Shown: in pieces, positions 1 through 8,219 of the stretch
How positions within the stretch are numbered: the first letter of the stretch is position 1
Layout: every line of letters starts with the position of its first letter
Source: Desulfomonilia bacterium
Lineage (GTDB): Bacteria > Desulfobacterota > Desulfomonilia > UBA1062
DNA: 64,000 nt
Direction: 5' to 3'
NCBI GenBank assembly: GCA_050014195.1
Contig: JBEKDT010000006.1
Location: 1-64,000 of the forward strand
Notes under the pieces: generated by a model
Database searches by the model: none
Told to the model about the DNA's origin: nothing
The model's input: only the letters and a program-made list of their open reading frames with translations
Position numbers and translations under genes: made by a program

Positions 1-59
1 TGAAAGGTAATGTTTCTTCTAGCAAAGATATCAATAACTGCTGGTAAAAATAAATATTT

Positions 60-164
60 CGTTCCAGGATGTGGGATTAGCCACTATTAAATATCTCTTT
101 TGATAATCATCACAAGCCAACAGGCATAAGACTGCATATTACCATAAGTACATTTCACTCAAGA
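60..164 (-). repeat. Inverted, internally deleted copy (c0) of the ~170-bp dispersed repeat
   Basis: Reverse complement contains TCTTGAGT-GAAATGTAC (cf. TCTTGAGTTGAAACATAC in c3). 96-112 is the exact reverse complement of 310-326 (TGATGATTATCAAAAGA). It ends in TGGAACG at the same 38-nt distance after GATGATTATCAAAA as TGGCACG in c3. Confidence 0.7.
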
Positions 165-190
165 CAAAGCAGAGATAACTTCGATTTTCA

Positions 191-362
191 TATCGGTTTT
201 GAAATCCTCAGAAACCTAATAATCTGTGTTGAAACATACGAAGTAAGGCACTCCATATCAATGCATATCAAATGGTATGTAATCTCTGATTTTCCATGCC
301 CCTCTTTTCTGATGATTATCAAAAGAAATCTATGCTCTGGAGTAACCATTGGACTTGGCACG
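191..362 (+). repeat. Dispersed ~170-bp non-coding repeat, copy c1
   Basis: Aligns without gaps to 2251-2420 (129/170 identical by hand count) and to 7234-7403. Conserved blocks TCGGTTTT, GTTGAAACATACGAA, CAAATGGTATGTAATC, GATGATTAT, TGGCA. Confidence 0.92.
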
Positions 363-652
363 AAAGCTGTACTAACTCTATTCATAAAATATATTTCTTT
401 CTAAATCGCTATTGATACTCCTTAAAACAGAACTATTATAAACGACTCATGATGTCTTTCAACATTTGGGATTACTCCATCCGACGAATCTATTTCGCTT
501 TCTATGAAAAGCACTGTAAACACCAGACCAAAACAGTCATCGAAATGATTAGGCACCCTGGGGGAGGGACAAGCCGAAGATCCTCAAGATCATGCAATAA
601 TTATCATTGTTCATGCGGGGGATAAATACCTCAATATTTCGGAGGAAAACAG

Positions 653-2011
653 ATGAAAGTGCTTCTCATCCAACCCCCAAGTATTGACCCATTGTTAGAT
701 CAGGTTTTCCTTTTTGAGCCCTTGGCCCTTGAATACGTCGGGGCGGGTTTGAAGCAGGATGCCCACGATGTTCTGTTGCTTGATGCCCGACTTGACTCTG
801 ATTACGAGAGCGCATACCGCCGGTTTCAACCTGACGTGGTTGGACTGACCGGTTTTACCAGCCATGTCAATATCATCAAAACAATTGTTACTCGCCTAAA
901 GTCAATCTCTTCCGAAGTCCTGTTTGTTGTTGGTGGCCACCATGCCTCGGTGCAACCAATAGATTTTAATGATTCACTTATTGATATTGTAGTTATTGGC
1001 GAAGGAGTCGTCACTCTACGGGAAATCCTCCGCGCATTGGAAATGGGAAGCGGCTTCTCTGACATTCACGGAATCGCCATTCCCTGCGTGGACGGTATGA
1101 TATTCAGTAAACCAAGGCCTTACTCGGATCTTAACGAACTTCCATTTCCTGATCGCTCTCTAACTGCCAGCTACCGAAAACAGTACTTCAGCGAGTGGTT
1201 CAAGCCGCTAGCCTCTGTACGCACTTCACTTGGCTGCACGGCGCGTTGCAACTTCTGCGCCCTCTGGAAGATCACCCAGGGGAAATACCTGCGACGCGAT
1301 CCCGAAAAGGTTGTAGAGGAATTGCTTGCCGTGGCGGAACCCAACGTCTTCCTCTGCGACGACGATTCCATGTGCGATATAAAGCGGATGGACAAGATGG
1401 CCGACCTGATCGCCGCCGCAGGTATCCACAAGAAGTACTTCCTCTATGCCAGAGCGGACAACATAGTGAATCATCCCGAACTGTTCGCTAAGTGGGCCAG
1501 GATCGGTCTGGCTCAGGCTTTTGTGGGGATGGAGGATTTCTCGGAAAAACGGCTGATAGCCATGAAGAAGGGGATCACTACTGCGCAGCAGGCAGAAGCG
1601 GTCAAGATACTTGATAAGCTTGGGATCATGATGTACGCCTCATACATAGTTGATCCAGCCTATACCCGCGAAGACTTCAGCTCTTTACTGGCTTATGTCC
1701 GACAGATGAAACATAAGTACGTAATATTTACTGTCATGACGCCTCTTCCGGGCACAGAACTCAATGACATTCGAGGAAATGAGCTTCTTTCACTCAAGCC
1801 TGAATTGTATGACCTGGTGCATGCCCTACTACCCACCACGTTGCCGTTGCAGGAATTCTACAAGGAGTTTGCCAACCTGTATTCCAAGGCAGTACCGCTG
1901 TATAGGTACGTGCCGACGGTTTTTCGCTTTGGACTGCACGGCATTCTGCTTCGTATCACATTGTTCAATCGAGTTCTCAAAAAGTTCAAGCTGATGTATC
2001 TTGATTATTGA
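653..2011 (+). CDS. Cobalamin-binding (class B) radical SAM protein, resembling HpnR/BchE-type methylases
   Basis: 452 aa; N-terminal B12-binding domain (EPLALEYV, GGHHAS), CTARCNFC CxxxCxxC motif, TPLPGT; strong SD GGAGGA upstream. Confidence 0.9.
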   Translation: MKVLLIQPPSIDPLLDQVFLFEPLALEYVGAGLKQDAHDVLLLDARLDSDYESAYRRFQPDVVGLTGFTSHVNIIKTIVTRLKSISSEVLFVVGGHHASVQPIDFNDSLIDIVVIGEGVVTLREILRALEMGSGFSDIHGIAIPCVDGMIFSKPRPYSDLNELPFPDRSLTASYRKQYFSEWFKPLASVRTSLGCTARCNFCALWKITQGKYLRRDPEKVVEELLAVAEPNVFLCDDDSMCDIKRMDKMADLIAAAGIHKKYFLYARADNIVNHPELFAKWARIGLAQAFVGMEDFSEKRLIAMKKGITTAQQAEAVKILDKLGIMMYASYIVDPAYTREDFSSLLAYVRQMKHKYVIFTVMTPLPGTELNDIRGNELLSLKPELYDLVHALLPTTLPLQEFYKEFANLYSKAVPLYRYVPTVFRFGLHGILLRITLFNRVLKKFKLMYLDY

Positions 2012-2250
2012 CGGTGATAAATACGAAGTTAGGGGTCTGGGAATAAGTTGGAATAGGGTCTATCAGGCTTGCAATGCTTGAATTGATATCATTATTGTTC
2101 GGATTCGATGGAGGTATTATTCTCGCTCACAGACTCCTCCTCATTCAAAAAGAAAGAACTCTCTGGTTGCCAGGAAAACCTCAACAGATGGATGAGCTAC
2201 AATTTTAATGATAAAGCATTATGTTTATATTACAAGATCAAAGCTTTATA

Positions 2251-2422
2251 TATCGGTTTTGAAATCTCTTGAAACTGATGATCTTAGGTTGAAACATACG
2301 AAACTTATCGCTTCATATCAGTGCGTAACAAATGGTATGTAATCTATGGTTTTCCATGCTCCTCTTTATCGATGATTATGGAAAATAATCTATAGTCTAG
2401 AATAACAATTGGCCGTGGCATA
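2251..2422 (+). repeat. Dispersed ~170-bp non-coding repeat, copy c2
   Basis: Gap-free alignment to c1 and c3; shares GTTGAAACATACGAAACTTATCGCTTCATATC exactly with c3. Confidence 0.92.
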
Positions 2423-2564
2423 TTATCAACAGTTCATTAGTTTAAATTAATTTATTGAAAATGAAGTCATTTTTTGGGCCTAACAGCCTATTTTTAAGCC
2501 ACAAAAGCTGTTCCAAGAATGAGCCGGGATCAAAACCAGGCTTAACCCTTCACCATGTTTGGAG

Positions 2565-3056
2565 TCATGTGACATCCATGCTCATCAGGATACAATCAAT
2601 GATAGCGCGGGTACTCTTTTTTACGCATGCGTCCATGGGGCTGCCCAGACACGCGCACCGGATCTGGATGCCTACCAGGTGAACCTCGCACCCTGCATCT
2701 TCCTCTATGAGCTGAGCGACTACCTTGAGGGGAAACCGGTGTGTACTCATCGGTGCCTCATGTAAGCGTGAATGGGAAAATGTCCGCACTTCGCCAGGCA
2801 TGCCATTGAAATCAGCGGCATCGATGATGACAGTTTTAACAGGATGTGCCTCCAGGACATGGTAGAAGATGCTATCTGGACTATCTCCGGCATTAATGAT
2901 GATGATATTATCATGATCCGCAGGGAGATTTTCCGCTATGAAAACCCCCGCTCCGTCGTCTCCCCGCAGGGAATTACCCAATAGGACATATGCCGTCCTA
3001 CCTGCTTGGGCAGGAAGGAGTGCATTCATTACTTCTTCGGACAGCCCCAGATTCAT
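2565..3056 (-). CDS. [NiFe] hydrogenase maturation endopeptidase (HycI/HybD family)
   Basis: GNSLRGDDGAG, IIDAAD and STH motifs; start placed at ATG 3056, overlapping the large-subunit stop (ATGA). Confidence 0.9.
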   Translation of the reverse strand: MNLGLSEEVMNALLPAQAGRTAYVLLGNSLRGDDGAGVFIAENLPADHDNIIIINAGDSPDSIFYHVLEAHPVKTVIIDAADFNGMPGEVRTFSHSRLHEAPMSTHRFPLKVVAQLIEEDAGCEVHLVGIQIRCACLGSPMDACVKKSTRAIIDCILMSMDVT

Positions 3057-4390
3057 TGACCTTCGAATCTCACATCCAGGAAATGAGCCGAGCATGAAAT
3101 ACAGGGATCATAAGCCCTCACAAGCATTTCCAGGGCAAGGGTGATCTCCTGCTCCGTCTTGTCAAGGATGCCAGGAACCAGACTCTTCATGTCATGTTCA
3201 ATGTTGTTGATGTTCTGGGCAGTCGGGATGATGCAGTTGGCATTTTTTATAATTCCCTGATCGTCCGTCTCGTAGTTGTGATACAGAGTACCGCGGGGCG
3301 CCTCGACGGCTCCCACACCGTTTCCTGCCTTTACCGGCAGGTTGTGCTTTTCATTCAGGCCCACGAGCATCAGCTCCTCCTGCCTAATACCATGCTCCAT
3401 GAAGTATTCAATGATGCCTATGGAATGGTCGAGGCAGTGGACGCATTCAATGAGCTGGGCCACTGTATTGAGGTACGGATTGTGAACCGGCGGTTTGTAT
3501 GTGGCCGCATTTGCAACCATCTTGGCGCCTGCACAGAGCTTGTTAAAATTCAGGTTCGTCCTGGCCAGGGCGCCGACGGCATAAGATTCCCTGCTTAATC
3601 TCGCATACTTCGCTGAAGAGTGCTCGACGATGAACTCATTCGTTACCTTTTTATAATCCTTCTTGTGCACGCGTTTCCCGTCCGACGATCCGATGTCGCC
3701 TGTGAGCAGGGGGTAGCCGGGCCCGTCATTCACGAGCCCCACATATTCGGTCTCCCTCTCGAATTCGGGAAACTTAAGCTGAAGCGCCAGGTCCACCGTT
3801 GCGTCCATGTCGGGCTGCATGCCCATAAGGAGAGAGTGCATGGACTCGAGGTCTTTCGCATGGGGGAGCTTTGTGAAGCCGCCAGCAATGCACGAAATGG
3901 GGTGGATATGCCTGCCCACAAGTATGTCACACACATCATTACAGGTTTTCTTCATGCGTAGGGCCCTTCTTATAACCTTAGGGTGCGTGTCGATGAGCGG
4001 CACGAAACTCTTGACCCCCAGCAGGTCGGGCGCGGCAAGCAGGTATATGTGGAGGATATGGCTGTCCAGGATCTCCATGTCCAGCAGGAGCTCGCGCAGC
4101 CTGGTTGTCTGATCGGTCGGCTCGATGCCCAGGGCATCCTCCGCAGCCTGGACAGATGCCAGCGTATGGGCACAAGCGCAGATGCCACATATCCGGGAAG
4201 TGATGTGCTGAGCCTCGAATATGGATCTGCCCCTGAGCATGGCCTCGAAGAAACGGGGCGCTTCGACGATTTCCAGGTTGCATTTTTTGAGCACACCGTT
4301 TGTTACATCCACCACGATGTTCCCGTGTCCTTCCACTCTGGTCAGATATTCGACATTCACCGAGATGTTCTTATGATTCATCTTCTTCAT
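3053..4390 (-). CDS. Group 3b (sulfhydrogenase-type) [NiFe] hydrogenase large (alpha) subunit
   Basis: TRVEGHG, L1 RICGIC, EAPRG, L2 DPCISC-SAH followed by a short cleavable C-terminal tail. Confidence 0.95.
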   Translation of the reverse strand: MKKMNHKNISVNVEYLTRVEGHGNIVVDVTNGVLKKCNLEIVEAPRFFEAMLRGRSIFEAQHITSRICGICACAHTLASVQAAEDALGIEPTDQTTRLRELLLDMEILDSHILHIYLLAAPDLLGVKSFVPLIDTHPKVIRRALRMKKTCNDVCDILVGRHIHPISCIAGGFTKLPHAKDLESMHSLLMGMQPDMDATVDLALQLKFPEFERETEYVGLVNDGPGYPLLTGDIGSSDGKRVHKKDYKKVTNEFIVEHSSAKYARLSRESYAVGALARTNLNFNKLCAGAKMVANAATYKPPVHNPYLNTVAQLIECVHCLDHSIGIIEYFMEHGIRQEELMLVGLNEKHNLPVKAGNGVGAVEAPRGTLYHNYETDDQGIIKNANCIIPTAQNINNIEHDMKSLVPGILDKTEQEITLALEMLVRAYDPCISCSAHFLDVRFEGQ

Positions 4391-5126
4391 CCAGCTCTCT
4401 GCATTTATTATACATATCCATTTTCTTCATAACCAGGTCGAGGGATATATGGTACATTTCAATTACATCTTTCATGGCATTTTCAGCAGGATTGGTCACC
4501 ATGCCCCGGCATCCGTAACAGATATTACCGTGGTTGATACACCATGAATTGCACCCGGCCTTGGTAACCGGCCCCAGGCAGGTGATGCCCCGGTCGTACA
4601 TGCAGACATTCTCGTTGAGCTTGCATTCGACGCAGACGGCCTTGTCCGGTATGTGGTAGGGGATTCCCAAAAGGGCTGATTTCAGCACCTCGATAAACTC
4701 AGGCTGATAGACAGGACATCCGTTCACGAAGTAATCCACGTCCACAACCTGGTGGACGGCCCTGGTCTTTATCGTTGGGTAGAATGCATAGTCCTTGCCG
4801 TAGACATATCGCCTGATATCTTCCAGATCAAAGTTGTTCTTCATCCCGTTCACACCGCCTATGGTTGCACAGGATCCGTATGCCATGATGATTTTTGAGC
4901 GATCCCGGATCTTTTTAATGCGCTCCATTGCATGCTCTGTGGTGATGCTCCCTTCAATAATGGAGATATCGTAATTCTTGTCCCATTTTTCAGACATGAC
5001 CTCCCGGAATTCCACCAGATCAATGGATCCGATGATATCAAGCAGCCTCTCTCCGAAGTTTGCCACCTGCAATTGGCACCCTTCACAACAGGCAAAATCA
5101 AAAAAGGCCACTTTCGGTTTGATCAT
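4371..5126 (-). CDS. Group 3b [NiFe] hydrogenase small (delta) subunit
   Basis: CCEGC, GSCA, GCP, VCVECK, CLGPVT, CYGCRG Fe-S motifs. Confidence 0.93.
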   Translation of the reverse strand: MIKPKVAFFDFACCEGCQLQVANFGERLLDIIGSIDLVEFREVMSEKWDKNYDISIIEGSITTEHAMERIKKIRDRSKIIMAYGSCATIGGVNGMKNNFDLEDIRRYVYGKDYAFYPTIKTRAVHQVVDVDYFVNGCPVYQPEFIEVLKSALLGIPYHIPDKAVCVECKLNENVCMYDRGITCLGPVTKAGCNSWCINHGNICYGCRGMVTNPAENAMKDVIEMYHISLDLVMKKMDMYNKCRELDEEDES

Positions 5127-5969
5127 TCAGATTGCCCCCCGCAGGTTTTTTATTCTGCTGTAGCGGAAGACGGGTCCATCCTGGCAGCAGTAGATGTTAT
5201 GGATCTGGCAGTGGCCGCACTTTCCCAGGCCGCACTTCATGTGCCTTTCCAGGGAAACCAGGATCTGATCCTCTGGAACGCCTTTTGCGAGCAGTTCCCT
5301 GATCACGAATTTGTACATCACCGGCGGTCCGATGATTATGCCGAAAGTATAGTGGGGGTTGATCGTCACCTCTGGTATCAGCGTGGTTATAACACCCACA
5401 TGTCCCTTCCAGTCCGGGTCGGCCCTATCCACGGTGCATTGAAAGCTGACATCGATCCGCTTGCTCCACTCCTCAATCTCATCCCCAAATAGGATGCTCT
5501 GGGGTGTGTTGCAGCCCAGGAGGATGGAAACCTTTCCAAAGTCGCGCCGGTTGTCGATGACGTAGTTGATCAGGGACCGCAAAGGGGCTAGCCCGAGACC
5601 GCCCGCGATCATGAGGAGGTCATTCCCCTCCAGGATGCTTACCGGGAAACCTTTCCCATAGGGGCCGCGTATACCGATCTCGTCGCCCACTTCCATGTTG
5701 TGCATGACGGAAGTCAGCTTGCCTATCTTTCTGATGCACAGTTCAAAGCTCCCCCTGAGTGTGGGCGAAGAACATACAGAAATCGGTGCCTCCCCGGCAT
5801 TCAGGATGGACACCTCGACGAATTGCCCCGGCTCATGGTCGAGATACTCTCCGTTATTGAAGCGGATCTCGAACATCTGTTCCTTGTCTGTCAGGACCTT
5901 TTTCCGGATGATCTTTGCTGGCTTTATCTCGTATGCGGAGTCCCTGATTACTACTTTTTCCAGGCTCAT
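5127..5969 (-). CDS. Group 3b hydrogenase gamma subunit (FAD/NAD(P)-binding, [2Fe-2S])
   Basis: PGQF, RGPYG, AGGLGLAP, GPPVM, ERHMKCGLGKCGHC..CQDGP; start placed at ATG 5969, overlapping the beta-subunit stop. Confidence 0.92.
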   Translation of the reverse strand: MSLEKVVIRDSAYEIKPAKIIRKKVLTDKEQMFEIRFNNGEYLDHEPGQFVEVSILNAGEAPISVCSSPTLRGSFELCIRKIGKLTSVMHNMEVGDEIGIRGPYGKGFPVSILEGNDLLMIAGGLGLAPLRSLINYVIDNRRDFGKVSILLGCNTPQSILFGDEIEEWSKRIDVSFQCTVDRADPDWKGHVGVITTLIPEVTINPHYTFGIIIGPPVMYKFVIRELLAKGVPEDQILVSLERHMKCGLGKCGHCQIHNIYCCQDGPVFRYSRIKNLRGAI

Positions 5970-7000
5970 ATGCTCACCTTCTTCAAGGCGGTAATCGTTT
6001 CCTTCAGGTTGATCTTGGCCATGCAGGTTCTGCTGCATCTCCCGCACCCGGTGCAGTAGAACCGGTTGAATCGGTCGTTATGGTACTTGAATTTCCGGTA
6101 GAAGCGGTGGCGTAGCCTGTCACTCCGCTCGGCCCTGAAACTCTCGCCACTGGCGATCTTGGCAAAGGGTTCATTCTGACATGAGTCCCACACACGCACC
6201 CTCCTGCCCGTCTTCAGATCCAGATTCGGGATATCCATGACATCGAAGCAGTAACATGTGGGACACACATTCGTGCAATTGCCGCATGAGACACATCGGT
6301 CCCCTATCTCTTTCCACACACTGTGATCGAACCCCTTATCGAACAAAGCCGGGATTTCATCTCTTCCGACATCCACCTCAATTCTGAAAATGTTCCTTTT
6401 CTTTGTTCGTAGGTCTTCAAGGGCCTTGAGATGAGAGGGCCTTGCTTCCTTGATGAAGTTCATTCTTTCTATCAGATCATCACCGGTTTCGGTCTGGATA
6501 TGGATGAGATAGTCGTCCCCGATATCGGTGAAAAAGAGATCGTAACCGCCGAAGGGGAGATGATTGCCCATGAGCGCACAGCTTGCATAGCCGTCGCAGT
6601 AATCGTTGCATTCGAATCCCATGATAATCAGTTTGTTCTTCCTGAAGAGATAGTGGAGATCTTTGGGCCTGTCGGACAGCACGATGTTCAGGCACTGGAT
6701 CCCCGCCAGGTCGCAAGTATGGACCGCGAAGATGACCAGAGGCTCATATTCCACAACCACCTTTGTCTTCGGGGTTTCGTTGAGGTCGTACTCGATCAGC
6801 GTCTCATATTGGGGCATGAAGTACTTCTTGGGCGGCACAATGGTGGGTATGTACTGCATGGAGATCTGATCCGCAGACTGTACCTCTTCAAAGGCGTAAC
6901 CGTTGTATCCCTTGTGAACAGGAGCGACCACTTTCTGTTTCGCGGAGAGCTGTACGATGAAACTGTTCAGTTGCTCTTTTTCCAACACCACATAACTCAT
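5966..7000 (-). CDS. Group 3b hydrogenase beta subunit (2x[4Fe-4S], AsrA-like)
   Basis: CVSCGNCTNVCPTCYC and CTGCGRCSRTC motifs, WDSC. Confidence 0.92.
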   Translation of the reverse strand: MSYVVLEKEQLNSFIVQLSAKQKVVAPVHKGYNGYAFEEVQSADQISMQYIPTIVPPKKYFMPQYETLIEYDLNETPKTKVVVEYEPLVIFAVHTCDLAGIQCLNIVLSDRPKDLHYLFRKNKLIIMGFECNDYCDGYASCALMGNHLPFGGYDLFFTDIGDDYLIHIQTETGDDLIERMNFIKEARPSHLKALEDLRTKKRNIFRIEVDVGRDEIPALFDKGFDHSVWKEIGDRCVSCGNCTNVCPTCYCFDVMDIPNLDLKTGRRVRVWDSCQNEPFAKIASGESFRAERSDRLRHRFYRKFKYHNDRFNRFYCTGCGRCSRTCMAKINLKETITALKKVSI

Positions 7001-7233
7001 CGCTCATCCTTAATACTTGGGTGATTGATCATTTGTTTTCTGAATCACCCACAAACGCTATCATTCCCATAGATGTTATATGATTATAAGAGGCTGTAAC
7101 AAGCAGACAAGGGGGTTTATCAGTGTCGGAAAGAATTCTGGAATAAAAGGGCAGGTGTTGTAAGGGATGTTGGGATGGGGTCGGACCAAGATAAGTAAAT
7201 GTATTAATAAGAGTGTATGTTTCTTCAATAACG

Positions 7234-7405
7234 CCTCGGTTTTAAGATGCCTGAAAACCGAAAATCTTGAGTTGAAACATACGAAACTTATCGCTTCATA
7301 TCTGTGTGTAACAAATGGTATGTAATCATCACTTTACCTTGCCCCCCTTTTGCGATGATTATCAAAATAAATCTATACGCTGGAATAACCCTTGGCCTTG
7401 GCACG
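7234..7405 (+). repeat. Dispersed ~170-bp non-coding repeat, copy c3
   Basis: Gap-free alignment to c1/c2; perfect internal inverted repeats TCGGTTTT..AAAACCGA and TAATCATC..GATGATTA; ends TGGCACG. Confidence 0.92.
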
Positions 7406-7582
7406 CAATATTCAGTCGGGGTCAACCAGATATTACGTCAAGATATAGATGATGTAATTCGGGTCGATAAATTACTTATCGAATTCCTTGATTCGTGTTG
7501 CCAATAGGCTTTACATCACTTTCTCCAGAGTGGTTTCTTGATTAATAGACATCCCCGAAGCGATTATTCAGCTACTCAGGGT

Positions 7583-7861
7583 TTACTTACGGTTGAATTG
7601 TGTTTGCCTAATGGCTTTCTCAATGGCATCTTGCAGGGACATTGGAACTCCCGCCTCCGATTCCTCTACAAACACTATCCTTTTACCAACATTTGCCCTG
7701 ACCAATGCAAATAACTCTTCTGCTTCAGTACCCATTTTCTCTGAAATTGGGTACTGAGGAATTTTAGAAATATGATCTTCAGTGATAAGTTCCCCGAATT
7801 CCAAATCACAAAATGATACTAAATCAGGCACAACAAAACATTTGATTTTTTTATTATTCAC
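7583..7861 (-). CDS. Hypothetical 92-aa protein (AT-rich orphan)
   Basis: GTG start with purine-rich upstream sequence, plausible globular composition, no recognisable motif. Confidence 0.5.
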   Translation of the reverse strand: MNNKKIKCFVVPDLVSFCDLEFGELITEDHISKIPQYPISEKMGTEAEELFALVRANVGKRIVFVEESEAGVPMSLQDAIEKAIRQTQFNRK

Positions 7862-7948
7862 CTTATCTTCCTTACCCCATCCACTGCAAAATTCATACTG
7901 CTGGCCTGATATTCATGGGAATTTGGGGTCAATTTTAATACCGTTCTA

Positions 7949-8058
7949 TTCGATTTTATATCGGTTTTAAGATGTCTAGAAATAGAAGATCTATGGGTTG
8001 AAACCTATGCAGCAAGGCACTGTTATCAGTGCGTATCAAATGACATGGAATCATCGGT
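7949..8058 (+). repeat. Dispersed repeat, 3'-truncated copy c4
   Basis: TTCGATTTTATATCGGTTTTAAGATG..GTTGAAACCTATG..CAGTGCGTATCAAATG..AATCATCGGT matches the first ~100 nt of c1-c3 and the upstream flank of c1. Confidence 0.85.
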
Positions 8059-8219
8059 ATAGATAGACTATGAATCATATCTTCAACAAAAGTTCAGCAG
8101 TCAGTAATTGACATTACCATGAAACACCTTACAAAAATACTGCCCGATTCCGGGTGACAGGGGTGAAACAATAAGCATGCGGATAGGGATTTTGTTGGTT
8201 GCGTTCCACCCCACACGCC

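Noticed and set aside
188-385. 65-aa minus-strand ORF
   Set aside because: Antisense shadow of repeat c1; the equivalent frame in c2 has several stop codons.
3053-4390. Selenocysteine ([NiFeSe]) hydrogenase
   Set aside because: L2 motif is DPCISC with ordinary Cys codons and no in-frame TGA.
191-7405. Canonical integron attC sites
   Set aside because: No RYYYAAC...GTTRRRY terminal pair or single long hairpin spanning the unit, and no intI in the window. A cassette-like role is kept only as a hypothesis.
7304-7507. 67-aa ORF
   Set aside because: Starts inside repeat c3; no SD or recognisable motif.
228-8004. CRISPR array suggested by recurring GTTGAAAC
   Set aside because: Units are ~170 bp, hundreds to thousands of bases apart, with no regular spacers and no cas genes.
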